64,000 nucleotides of DNA. Origin: a virus. The notes beneath the pieces were generated by a model. That model was not told the origin of the DNA, ran no database searches, and saw only the letters and a list, made by a program, of their open reading frames with translations. Numbering within the stretch: the first letter of the stretch is position 1; each line of letters opens with the position of its first letter. The position numbers and the translations under genes are program-made. Of the stretch, positions 46,492 through 55,815 are shown piece by piece. The stretch lies in the IMG/VR virus record IMGVR_UViG_3300027904_000001. One strand, given 5' to 3'.

Positions 46492-46968
46492 GTGGAATTT
46501 GAAGAAATATTGCTGGAATTAAAAAAAGGAAAGCGTGCAAGGCGCAAACAATGGCATAAAAACAATATGCCAACAGCAAATATTTTCATAGACAATGATA
46601 TTATAAGATACGAATGTTTAGATGCGGGTTATGAGATTTGTAAAATGTGGAGTCCAGTTGATATTAGTTCGGATGATTGGGAAATTATTGAAGTTAAATC
46701 GCCATCATTGGAATTACAAAATATATCAAAGGCGATGGCGGAAAGCATATCAGAGAATATTAGAAATACTGGTTTATTAGATATATCAAATAAAGACAAT
46801 AATGATGCTTTTTCGCGAGAAGAAATTAAAAATATACTTGAAAAAGAATTAGAAGAAATTAACAGTCAGTATAAAATAAGCAATAAATATTTAAAAGGAT
46901 ATTTGCTTGGTAATTTAGATGGCAGAAAAAATACAATATTAAATATTTTAACATTATTAATTAAATAA
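46492..46968 (+). CDS. DUF2829-domain protein (Tad2-like anti-defence sponge family) with C-terminal extension
   Basis: MEFEEILLELKKGKRARRKQW...ISSDDWEIIE matches the DUF2829 consensus (FEEAL.ALK.GKKVRR..W ... EDWEIV). Confidence 0.55.
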   Translation: MEFEEILLELKKGKRARRKQWHKNNMPTANIFIDNDIIRYECLDAGYEICKMWSPVDISSDDWEIIEVKSPSLELQNISKAMAESISENIRNTGLLDISNKDNNDAFSREEIKNILEKELEEINSQYKISNKYLKGYLLGNLDGRKNTILNILTLLIK

Positions 46969-47253
46969 AGAATGGTGACGAAATGCTTTATTTAGCAAGA
47001 AGGTTTGAATAATATTATTTAAATTATAAATTAAAATTAAATAAATTAAAAAACAAAAAACATTTGACTCCAATAGAAAAGCGAAGAGGTAAATATAAAA
47101 CGGAAAAAGAATACGAAAACGAATATTATAATTTGTTATAAAATTTTCCTTGTAAAGGACACTGAAAACGCTTATACTGAAAAAGTGAAGCTTTGTTTAT
47201 TCCTAAAAACAGATAATATCCTAATATCTAGATTCAATATCGGAAACCCAGAA

Positions 47254-47290
47254 AAACGGCTTCTTGGCTCCTCGGAGGCCGTTTTTTATT
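47254..47290 (+). terminator. Rho-independent terminator (possible 3' end of a small RNA starting about 47150)
   Basis: aaacggcttcttggctcctcggaggccgtttttt. Confidence 0.45.
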
Positions 47291-47328
47291 TTTACTTTTT
47301 GAGGAAATGTAAATAGGCAGGTGCCTTT

Positions 47329-47934
47329 ATGAACATTAAGTTGTTAAAGAAATTATTAATTATATCGCCAATTGTAGTATTAATTACTATGCTTTTTTTA
47401 ATCAATCATACTGTTAATTATTTTGTTGAAACAGAATACGATTTCGTGTTTGAAGGTAATAAAAAAAGTATCCAAACATTTTCTCGGGAAATAGAAATGT
47501 TGGATGAACAATTTAGAAGAGATATAATCGAAGTCTGTATCAAAACGCTCGTGGATAAATATTCAGTCTATGGATTTTTGGTCGAAGCTGATAGCACCAT
47601 ATATTACAGTAATGACGATTCAAACCGGGAATATATTTCTAAAACATTGAGCGATATTGATAAGCAATCATTAATTAGTCAAGAAAACCAGATTTTAAAC
47701 ATTGGTGATTTAGTCTTAAGTGGTCAAAAATGGTATTGCCATACTATAGCAAGCGGAGGCGATAGCCATTATTATATATTCATGACAGTTGATAAAGATT
47801 TGATACGGGAAGCATTAAACACATGGCAGGTTACTGTACCGATAAGTATAATAGGATTATTGTTATGGATTTCCGTGCATGATTCAATTTGGCAGCGGAT
47901 GGTGAGGCACAATGAAAGATATAAACGCGATTGA
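47329..47934 (+). CDS. Membrane protein (N- and C-terminal TM segments)
   Basis: Hydrophobic segments at both ends. Confidence 0.45.
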   Translation: MNIKLLKKLLIISPIVVLITMLFLINHTVNYFVETEYDFVFEGNKKSIQTFSREIEMLDEQFRRDIIEVCIKTLVDKYSVYGFLVEADSTIYYSNDDSNREYISKTLSDIDKQSLISQENQILNIGDLVLSGQKWYCHTIASGGDSHYYIFMTVDKDLIREALNTWQVTVPISIIGLLLWISVHDSIWQRMVRHNERYKRD

Positions 47935-48220
47935 AGTATTGATTAATATCGTTCTGGCAAGTTTTGGAGGATTGGTCAAACGACTATCTGAGATGGAAAA
48001 GAATCCGGAAACGAAAGTTACCTTTGCATATTATATGACAGGTTCAATTATTTCTATGTTTGTAGGAGTTGTGGTATATTTTGTTTGCCTTAACTTTAAT
48101 GTATCATCACTATTGACAGCCGGAATTACGGCATTATCGGGCTATATGGGCACTCCTGTTCTGGATTTACTGTCGAGTCTGTTAAGTGATAAGATGAAGA
48201 AATATACTGATAAATTGTAG
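47912..48220 (+). CDS. Holin-like small membrane protein
   Basis: 102 aa with 2–3 TM segments and a charged C-terminus. Confidence 0.35.
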   Translation: MKDINAIEVLINIVLASFGGLVKRLSEMEKNPETKVTFAYYMTGSIISMFVGVVVYFVCLNFNVSSLLTAGITALSGYMGTPVLDLLSSLLSDKMKKYTDKL

Positions 48221-48233
48221 AAAGGGAGTAAAT

Positions 48234-49430
48234 ATGGAAATAATAAAATTGCCAATAAACTCTATAAAAAAGTATGAAAATAATGCCAAAATTCATACTG
48301 AAGAACAGATTCAACATATAATAAATAGTATTAAGCAATTTGGCTTTAATGACCCCATAGGTGTCTCAACTGATCAAAATATATGTGTCGAGGGACACGG
48401 CCGGCTTGAAGCATTAAAACAATTAGGTTATAAGGATGTTGAATGTATTCGGCTTGATCATTTGACGGATGAAGAAAGACGTGCATATGCTTTAGTTCAT
48501 AATCAAAGTACGATGGAAACGCATTTTGATGATGATTTGTTGAAAATAGAGCTTGATAATATATTTGATTTAGATATGTCTGATTTTGGTTTCGACTGGG
48601 GAGGGGCAGAATCGTTGGGCTTTAGTGGTGAAATTATTGAAGATGATATTCCTGATATACAAGACAATCTGATTGTTCAATTGGGTGATGTTTGGCAATT
48701 AGGGCAACACCGACTTATGTGTGGGAATTCAACTATTTTAAAAGATGTTGACAAGCTAATGAATGGCAATAATACGGATATATCTTTTACAAGCCCACCA
48801 TATAATATGGGAAAATCGCCAAGCAAAAATGTCAACAAAAATAATAGTAAATATATTAATAATGATGATAACATGTCAGAAATAGAATATGTTGAGTTTC
48901 TTCAATTATTTACTAATTTAGCACTTGATTATTCTGAATATTGTTTTGTAAATATTCAGTCATTATCAGGTAATAAAATTGCATTAATTGAATATCTATA
49001 TAAAATGAAAAAATTATATGCTGATACCATTATATGGGATAAACAGATTTCAGAGCCAGCAATGGGTGAAAACATATTAAATAGTCAATTTGAGTATGTG
49101 CATATATTTAGCAAAAAAGCGAACAGACGAATTGGCACAAGACCATTCAGGGGTACAATCAACAATATTTTAAATATTAATAAGCAAAATGATAATAAGC
49201 AATCGGATATTCATGGTGCAACATTCCCGTTAGAATTTGCGATGTATTTTGTAGAAAAATTTAGTGAAAAATCAGTATTTGAGCCTTTTAGCGGTTCGGG
49301 TACAACAATTATAGCATGTGAACAGATACACAGGAAATGCTATGCTATGGAATTAGAACCAATATATTGTGATATTGCGATTAAGCGATGGGAAAATTTA
49401 ACAGGAAATACAGCAATAAAAATAGAGTAG
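48234..49430 (+). CDS. ParB-like N-terminal domain fused to DNA N6-adenine/N4-cytosine methyltransferase
   Basis: ParB motif VEGHGRLEAL. Methyltransferase motif IV FTSPPY and motif I FEPFSGSGTT. Confidence 0.7.
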   Translation: MEIIKLPINSIKKYENNAKIHTEEQIQHIINSIKQFGFNDPIGVSTDQNICVEGHGRLEALKQLGYKDVECIRLDHLTDEERRAYALVHNQSTMETHFDDDLLKIELDNIFDLDMSDFGFDWGGAESLGFSGEIIEDDIPDIQDNLIVQLGDVWQLGQHRLMCGNSTILKDVDKLMNGNNTDISFTSPPYNMGKSPSKNVNKNNSKYINNDDNMSEIEYVEFLQLFTNLALDYSEYCFVNIQSLSGNKIALIEYLYKMKKLYADTIIWDKQISEPAMGENILNSQFEYVHIFSKKANRRIGTRPFRGTINNILNINKQNDNKQSDIHGATFPLEFAMYFVEKFSEKSVFEPFSGSGTTIIACEQIHRKCYAMELEPIYCDIAIKRWENLTGNTAIKIE

Positions 49431-49553
49431 GTGAAATAATGCCAGCGGGAAGACCAAAAAAAGAGATAGATCAAAAACAATTTGAAGTAGAGTAGGTGAA
49501 ATAATGCCAGCGGGAAGACCAAAAAAAGAGATAGATCAAAAACAATTTGAAGT
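49424..49553 (+). repeat. Perfect 65-bp tandem direct duplication spanning the terminase-small-subunit RBS and first 17 codons
   Basis: agagtaggtgaaataatgccagcgggaagaccaaaaaaagagatagatcaaaaacaatttgaagt occurs twice, back to back. Confidence 0.85.
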
Positions 49554-49968
49554 ATTGTGTTATATGCAAATGACAAAAAAAGATATATGTGAAGTATTAG
49601 ATGTATCTGAGAATAAATTAAGTGCATGGTGCGAAGAAAAATATGGTGATAAATTTTGCGTAATCTATTCCCAAAAAAGGGTTCTAGGAAAAGCATCATT
49701 TAGGAAATCCTTTTATGAGTTGGCGAAAAAAAATGCAACTGCTGCAATTTATGTAGATAAATCGTGGTTCAATGGAAGTGAATTGTCAGAATTAGATATA
49801 GAAATAAAACAGGCTCAGCTTGCGAAGCTTAAAGCCGAAACCGAACTCATAAACAGTAAACTAAATAATACATTTGAAGAAGAAGCACTACAAAAATTAG
49901 ATATGTTATTAGAGCAAAATAAGCAAGGTGCTGAAGCTGATGCCGAAATTCACGAAGAAACAGAATGA
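49504..49968 (+). CDS. terS: Terminase small subunit (HTH)
   Basis: Sits immediately upstream of the large subunit. MPAGRPKKEIDQKQFEVLCYMQMTKKDICEVLDVSENKLSAW. Confidence 0.6.
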   Translation: MPAGRPKKEIDQKQFEVLCYMQMTKKDICEVLDVSENKLSAWCEEKYGDKFCVIYSQKRVLGKASFRKSFYELAKKNATAAIYVDKSWFNGSELSELDIEIKQAQLAKLKAETELINSKLNNTFEEEALQKLDMLLEQNKQGAEADAEIHEETE

Positions 49969-51238
49969 ATATATTAGAAATGCGAACGCACGTTGGAATC
50001 TGAAGACAGGAGCCGTTAGAAGTGGAAAATCATACGTCGATATGTTTCATATGATACCAATGAGAATTAGAGAGCGAGCCAGAAAAGAAGGATTAATATT
50101 TATCATGGGCGTCACTGAAAGTACTATAGAGCGAAATTTACTTGACCCTATGCGAAAAGTATTTGGCGATTCACTTATTGGTAGAATAGGTAAAAATAAT
50201 AAATGCAGATTATTTGGTGAAACCGTATATTGCATTGGTGCCGAGAAGATATCACAAATAAGTAAGATTCAGGGAAATTCTACAAAGTACTTGTATTGCG
50301 ATGAATTAGCAAAATGGAACAAAGAAGTATTTAATTTCCTAAAAACAAGACTTGATAAGCCTTATAGTTTATGCGATGCAACATGCAATCCTGAAGGACG
50401 TAAACATTGGTTAAAAAAATTTATTGATAGTAAGAAAGATGGCATTGATTTATATGTGCAAACATATCGAATAGAAGATAATGCTGAAAACTTAGGTGCA
50501 GATTTTATTGAAAACTTAAAAAAAGAATTATTTGGTACAATCGCATATGACAAACTTATAGAAGGACGTTGGATTCAAAGTTCTGGATTGTGCTTCCCGC
50601 TTTTTGCCAATGATAACAAAAGATATATAAATGATTTAGATTCATACTTGACAGAATCACAGCAACAATTAGCGAGAGTTTATTGCGGAATTGACTATGG
50701 TTTTGGTGAAGGAAAAACATGTATGGTTTTGACGGCTGTTACAAAAAATTATAAAACACTTATAGCATTAGAAGAAAAGTCCATAGAAAAAGAAATTAAC
50801 CCCGCTCAACTTGAAAATATATATTGTGATTTTATTGAAAAAGCTTTTAAAAAATATCACTTGCCGATTTATGCATTTGCTGATACAAGTGACCAAATTT
50901 TAACAAAAGGACTTTCTAATGAGTCAAAAGTTCGTAGATTGCAAGCAGTGACCATATCAGTTACCAAAGTTGAAATAGTGGACAGGATCGCAATTATCAA
51001 TAAATTATTAGCTACGGACAGATTCAAGATAATGAATAATTGCAAGGAATTGATAGGTGGACTTAATGATGCATCATATGACGAAGAAAAGTCAATTGAT
51101 AAAGATGTTCGATCAAAAGACGGTTCATACAATGATCATATCGTAGATGGGTTTGAATATTCATTTAGCCACATCATAAATCAACTTGAAAATGCAAGCC
51201 TGCATAGAAATAAAAACTTGAAATCATTTGTAATTTAA
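49928..51238 (+). CDS. terL: Terminase large subunit
   Basis: Walker A GAVRSGKS, Walker B LYCDE, C-terminal nuclease domain. Confidence 0.75.
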   Translation: MLKLMPKFTKKQNEYIRNANARWNLKTGAVRSGKSYVDMFHMIPMRIRERARKEGLIFIMGVTESTIERNLLDPMRKVFGDSLIGRIGKNNKCRLFGETVYCIGAEKISQISKIQGNSTKYLYCDELAKWNKEVFNFLKTRLDKPYSLCDATCNPEGRKHWLKKFIDSKKDGIDLYVQTYRIEDNAENLGADFIENLKKELFGTIAYDKLIEGRWIQSSGLCFPLFANDNKRYINDLDSYLTESQQQLARVYCGIDYGFGEGKTCMVLTAVTKNYKTLIALEEKSIEKEINPAQLENIYCDFIEKAFKKYHLPIYAFADTSDQILTKGLSNESKVRRLQAVTISVTKVEIVDRIAIINKLLATDRFKIMNNCKELIGGLNDASYDEEKSIDKDVRSKDGSYNDHIVDGFEYSFSHIINQLENASLHRNKNLKSFVI

Positions 51239-51411
51239 CATAAGCTTATCAGTGCAGCAATACCACACAAAAGACAAGCAAATAATAAGAGCCTTAAAAT
51301 TGGCAACCAGGTTAATAATGGTGGTATCTGCACTAAATTTACTGCGTAGCAAGCAGAGCATAGTCTTCTGCCAGAAAAAGTAAAAATAATTATCAAGGAT
51401 TAATAAAAATT

Positions 51412-51681
51412 ATGAAGATGAATCTGGAAGCAATTGTTCAACTTGAAAATTTAATAAATGAAATCTCTGAAAGAGACTTCCCTAATGATTACGCACCTTT
51501 AAAAAAATGTAAATTAATATTGTCACAAGAGTTACCTTATGCAATACTATATTATCGTAGATGGAATGATGAAACAGGCGTCTTTACAAAATATAAATAT
51601 TATGTCGAGTGTTTTGACGATGAATGGCGTATATATAGAAAAAATATATGTATAAGTGAGAAGATAAAAGATGAACAATAA
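51412..51681 (+). CDS. Hypothetical protein
   Basis: ORF. Confidence 0.4.
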   Translation: MKMNLEAIVQLENLINEISERDFPNDYAPLKKCKLILSQELPYAILYYRRWNDETGVFTKYKYYVECFDDEWRIYRKNICISEKIKDEQ

Positions 51682-51895
51682 AAAAAGTTTGGATAACAAT
51701 ATTATGAATATAGAACTTAACAGTAATATAGAAAAAATATATGATGAATATGTAACGGATATATGGGAAATGTTAGAACCTGCAGTTATATATCTTAGAA
51801 AATATCGCGATCCCCATATGAAGTTCTTAATTACAATCGACGGGATAAAGGCGGTGATTAATATTTATGAATGTTACAATCCAAATATCGGATGA
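51671..51895 (+). CDS. Hypothetical protein
   Basis: ORF. Confidence 0.35.
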   Translation: MNNKKSLDNNIMNIELNSNIEKIYDEYVTDIWEMLEPAVIYLRKYRDPHMKFLITIDGIKAVINIYECYNPNIG

Positions 51896-52433
51896 AGCAG
51901 TAAATGAATTGATTAATGGTAATTTGATAAAAGTTCCGAATGAAGATTTGAATCAAATAATAATAAAAGCCGTAAGCGAATATTTAAACAATCAATATCA
52001 TCGGCAGTATTTTCTCGACGATGTAATTGGTAAAAATTATCAATTGGCGCAAGATATAGTGAAAATGATTAAAGATGCTACTGGTGAGATTACGCCAGAT
52101 GACGTGAAGGAAATTATTAAAGACAGAGCTATAAATTATATAGAAGATTGTATTCTTGATAAATTATTGTTTAAAGATAATCACGCTCCAGTTCCTGAGT
52201 TCCAAAAAGTAATTGATGGTGTATTCAAAAGTGAAGAATTAAAATTAGCCGTTCATAATAGAGCCATAAAATTGACAGAAGAAATGGAAGATATTGATTT
52301 AAACTGGAATGCAATTATGAATGAAATTATAATTGATTTTGTTAAATATAATATATTTACTCATCATAGTATCCATCAAGCAATTGACGACAAGTTAAGA
52401 AACTTATCAAGCAATCTACGAAAAACTTTTTGA
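51867..52433 (+). CDS. Hypothetical protein
   Basis: ORF of 188 aa. Confidence 0.45.
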   Translation: MNVTIQISDEAVNELINGNLIKVPNEDLNQIIIKAVSEYLNNQYHRQYFLDDVIGKNYQLAQDIVKMIKDATGEITPDDVKEIIKDRAINYIEDCILDKLLFKDNHAPVPEFQKVIDGVFKSEELKLAVHNRAIKLTEEMEDIDLNWNAIMNEIIIDFVKYNIFTHHSIHQAIDDKLRNLSSNLRKTF

Positions 52434-52502
52434 CACAAATAACACCCGCTTTTCCTGCTTATTATTTAATTGCGGGTTTTTTGACATATAATATTAGAAT
52501 AG

Positions 52503-52718
52503 GTGATTATTATAAATGTTAAAATTCAATATGAAGAAGCTCACGAATGTTATAATATACAAGTATTTATACCAAAAAATGTATTAGATATTTATGACAA
52601 TGAAACATTAAAAAAAATTATAAAAGGTTGTATAATCGAACATATTGATGATAATTTTAATATGCACGAATTAGATAATAATATCTTGAATAAATCAAGC
52701 GGGGGCAAATTAAGATGA
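52503..52718 (+). CDS. Hypothetical protein
   Basis: ORF. Confidence 0.35.
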   Translation: MIIINVKIQYEEAHECYNIQVFIPKNVLDIYDNETLKKIIKGCIIEHIDDNFNMHELDNNILNKSSGGKLR

Positions 52719-52891
52719 CTAACGAAGAAATTATGCAATTTAAGTGTAATATTTTTGAAGATAAATTAAGTGAAGTCATGGAAGAAGTATATAATATTTA
52801 TTCTGCGGCAGATGACCAATTGCAAAAATATGCTATACATATTGTTGAAAGATTGGGAAATGGAGATATCAAGGAATACGGCAGAATTTAA
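52715..52891 (+). CDS. Hypothetical small protein (58 aa)
   Basis: Below the ORF-track cutoff; ATGA overlap. Confidence 0.3.
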   Translation: MTNEEIMQFKCNIFEDKLSEVMEEVYNIYSAADDQLQKYAIHIVERLGNGDIKEYGRI

Positions 52892-52962
52892 ATTCAAACA
52901 AAACTTAATGAAGAATGTTTAGAAATAACTCAAGCTTATTGAAGGTTCCAGCTGGGGAATGA

Positions 52963-53208
52963 TTGAAAATGAATATAGTTAAACATGGTAAGATTAAAAA
53001 AGGGACAAAACTAGCTAAAATTTTTAGATGCAATAATTGCGAATGCATATTTGTAGCGAATAAAGATGAATATTATATTACAGTAGAATGGTATGAATAT
53101 GAATATTCAAATACTGTAAGATGGCACGGAGATATTTATTATATGTGCAATTGTCCAGAATGTAATTTTAAAGCTTATGAAAAACGATTATCGGGTAAAA
53201 ATCATTGA
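52963..53208 (+). CDS. Small zinc-ribbon protein
   Basis: CNNCEC...CNCPECN. Confidence 0.4.
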   Translation: MKMNIVKHGKIKKGTKLAKIFRCNNCECIFVANKDEYYITVEWYEYEYSNTVRWHGDIYYMCNCPECNFKAYEKRLSGKNH

Positions 53209-53265
53209 CTATATTTATTTGGATACGGCGTCTTTGTGATTCATTTAAAAAAAAGAGAGGCGAAA

Positions 53266-53445
53266 GATGAATATTAAGATTTGTAAAAGATGTAATCATT
53301 CTCAAGAATTGAAAGGTAAATTATATTGTCTTAAAGATTTAAATCCTAAGTATCGTCCTAATGATATTGTCCCATTGTGTAGAAAAATAGAATCATGTGA
53401 TTTGATTGAGGATACCCCAAAAAAAATGTTAGGTGATAAAAAATG
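53266..53445 (+). CDS. Small zinc-ribbon protein (59 aa)
   Basis: CKRCNHS...CRKIESC. RBS gagagg. Confidence 0.3.
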
Positions 53446-53661
53446 ATTAATGAAATGTTGCTAACAAGTAAAGACATTGAGCAAGTTCTGTCAAAAACAG
53501 AACCAATAATAAATGATTATAATCTTTGTAAGACGGTAGAGAGCCGGGAATTATTGGCTGAGTATATTTTTGGTAAAGTTCGCCATGCGTTGCATATGCT
53601 TCGAGTTGTTAATTACAAAGATAATAATTTGACTGATAAATATGTAGATGAGTTGAGCTAA
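53443..53661 (+). CDS. Hypothetical protein
   Basis: ORF. Confidence 0.4.
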   Translation: MINEMLLTSKDIEQVLSKTEPIINDYNLCKTVESRELLAEYIFGKVRHALHMLRVVNYKDNNLTDKYVDELS

Positions 53662-53762
53662 TAGACGGGACTGATTAAAATAAATATAATTGAATATAGC
53701 AATATATAAATATTGTTAAACATAATTTAAACATAATTTAAATTGAAAACAATCCCATTAAC

Positions 53763-53794
53763 CCCGCTTATCAATTGATTTAGCGGGCTTTTTA
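53763..53794 (+). terminator. Rho-independent terminator
   Basis: cccgcttatcaattgatttagcggg followed by cttttt. Confidence 0.5.
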
Positions 53795-54050
53795 TTGTAT
53801 AATAGAAATAAAAACCGAGGTTATGTATATGAATTACATAATAGAAAGACAATTACAATTGCCAGATACGATAGAGGGTTTAAGTAAATTTGTTCTTATA
53901 TCAATTGAAAAGGTTAGCGCGATACGTGCAGAAATCCGGGCTATAAAAAACCGATGAAGACCCTGATAATGAAAATGATTAAAAAGTAAACAGGTCGCAA
54001 AATTAAACATTGCCTATTGAAATATTGATAAGCCTATTGTATAATTATAT

Positions 54051-54461
54051 ATGAGAAATTACCAAAAACATATTGAGGAGATTATAATGGGTTATATTAC
54101 AATTGATAATATTGATTCAGTTATGAAAGAAATGCAAGAAGATAGTTTTTATATTCCTAAAGTGCTTTTTAAGGACAAGAAATATAAAAAGATTAGCGTT
54201 GATAGCAAAATATTATACGGTCTATTGTTAGACAGACAAATTCAAATCAAAAAAGAGTTTAATGATCCTATAATTAATAAAATTTACTTTAGTTATGCAT
54301 TAAACGAAATTGCAAATGATTTAGGATGTAGTTGCAATAAAGCACTTAAATTATTAAACGAATTATTGAGTGTTGATCTCGTTGAAAAGCAAAAACAAAC
54401 GATTGGAAAACCCGCTATGCTTTATGTGAACGAATTAGGCTTAGAGGGTATTGAGATATGA
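54051..54461 (+). CDS. RepA_N-type replication initiator (winged-helix N-terminal domain)
   Basis: IPKVLFKDKKYKKISVDSKILYGLLLDRQ...IYFSYALNEIANDLGCSCNKALKLLNEL...GKPAMLYV matches the RepA_N pattern. Confidence 0.55.
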   Translation: MRNYQKHIEEIIMGYITIDNIDSVMKEMQEDSFYIPKVLFKDKKYKKISVDSKILYGLLLDRQIQIKKEFNDPIINKIYFSYALNEIANDLGCSCNKALKLLNELLSVDLVEKQKQTIGKPAMLYVNELGLEGIEI

Positions 54462-54718
54462 AAATAAATATGGAAAAATTTGAAAAATTTAATCGTTGTG
54501 GATATGGAGTTTCACCATCCTTATTGCATAAAGATCAAAACTTAACAATTGAAGCTAAAGGCATTTATTGTTATTTTATGTGTTTTCTAATGACTGTCAA
54601 CAATGAACCTTGTTTACAGCTACCTAAAGTTGAAGAGATAGTTAAAGACCTGAATATATCTGAAAATAGATACTATAAACATTTGAAGTTGCTAAAAGAA
54701 AATGAATATATAATTTAA
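54458..54718 (+). CDS. Replisome-organizer N-terminal-like wHTH protein
   Basis: GYGVSPSLLHKDQNLTIEAKGIYCYFMCF...ENRYYKHLKLLKENEYI. Confidence 0.45.
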   Translation: MKINMEKFEKFNRCGYGVSPSLLHKDQNLTIEAKGIYCYFMCFLMTVNNEPCLQLPKVEEIVKDLNISENRYYKHLKLLKENEYII

Positions 54719-54842
54719 AGAATTAATTGGCTAAATGTATTATTTTGTTTGTGGATTTTACTTTTGGGCAATTCTAGATTTACATTGAACTAATTATAAT
54801 ATATACTAACTACATAGTGCAAAACGCAGTCGCGAGCGTTGA

Positions 54843-54872
54843 GGTAGGCATTTCCTATTCACCTACCTTTTT
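54843..54872 (+). terminator. Rho-independent terminator
   Basis: ggtaggcatttcctattcacctacc followed by ttttt. Confidence 0.5.
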
Positions 54873-54946
54873 AAGCACTAATTTTTTTATGAAGAATAGG
54901 AAAAAGGATAAAAATAAAATTTATTAAATGAATAGGAGTCTTTATA

Positions 54947-55807
54947 ATGAAAGATGATGAAATAAGAGATCGATTAGAAGTCGATGGTATTTTAGCCATG
55001 GGATATGGCAATAGTCCGAAAATATTGCATAAAGATCGTAGATTAACTATGGAAGCAAAGGAAATTTATTGTTACTTATCAAGTTATTGCGGTGGTGGTT
55101 CAGTTGCATTCCCAAGCCGTAAAACCATTTTATATGATTTAGTTACATCAGAAACTAGATTTTATAGGCATTTCCAGTTACTAAAAGATTATGGATATAT
55201 AGAAGTTACACGTATTAGAAAAAATAATAAATTCGGACATAATGTTTACAAATTAATTCAAAATCCTTCTCTATGCCCTCGTTTTGAAGGCATAGAAAAT
55301 GAATGCATACAAAAACAATGCATAGAAAATGAGGGCACTAATAAAAACAGTACTAATAAAAACAAAAAAAATAAAAACAACAACAACATTACAGATCAAA
55401 TTTCAAACACTGATACTTCTCAGTCCTCAAACGTTGTTGTTGTTAAAGACTTTCTTTTTGAAGACTCTTCTATGATTCCACACAGATCAGTTGACAACAG
55501 TTCTGGGGTGGAGTCGGTTGACATACAAGCGATTGATGATTTAATTAAGAAATATATAACTCCGAAACAAGATATAGATCATGCCAGCCTGAAAAGTATA
55601 AGTGCTGCCAGCGGGTTTAGCATGGAAAGATTAGAGAAAATACTAAAAACAGTACAAGGACAAGAAAATAAAATTAGGGGGATTGTCGGTTGGCTTATTA
55701 AAGCTATCAGTAACCCCGCTTTTGATTTAAGCAAAGTTGAGATTGAAGAAAAAAAATATGAACCGGTTAAGAAAGAAAAAAAAGGGCTGGATAGATGGCA
55801 GAATTGA
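54947..55807 (+). CDS. Replisome organizer (Phage_rep_org_N-like) with internal iterons and KKEKKGLDRWQN tail
   Basis: GYGNSPKILHKDRRLTMEAKEIYCYLSSYCGGGSVAFPSRKTILYDL...; C-terminus IVGWLIKAISNPAFDL...KKEKKGLDRWQN. Repeats gcatagaaaatga occur twice, at 55290..55331. Confidence 0.6.
   Translation: MKDDEIRDRLEVDGILAMGYGNSPKILHKDRRLTMEAKEIYCYLSSYCGGGSVAFPSRKTILYDLVTSETRFYRHFQLLKDYGYIEVTRIRKNNKFGHNVYKLIQNPSLCPRFEGIENECIQKQCIENEGTNKNSTNKNKKNKNNNNITDQISNTDTSQSSNVVVVKDFLFEDSSMIPHRSVDNSSGVESVDIQAIDDLIKKYITPKQDIDHASLKSISAASGFSMERLEKILKTVQGQENKIRGIVGWLIKAISNPAFDLSKVEIEEKKYEPVKKEKKGLDRWQN
55288..55375. repeat. Iteron-like direct repeats inside gene 54947..55807
   Basis: ggcatagaaaatgaatgcatacaaaaacaatgcatagaaaatgagggcactaataaaaacagtactaataaaaac. 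Confidence 0.4.
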
Positions 55808-55815
55808 GGTGGCAA

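Noticed and set aside
47912-48220. Confident holin call
   Set aside because: No endolysin lies adjacent. It is kept only as a low-confidence holin-like membrane protein.
49424-49553. Possible CRISPR array
   Set aside because: Only two identical 65-bp units with no spacers, and the units overlap a gene start. There are no cas genes anywhere in the window.
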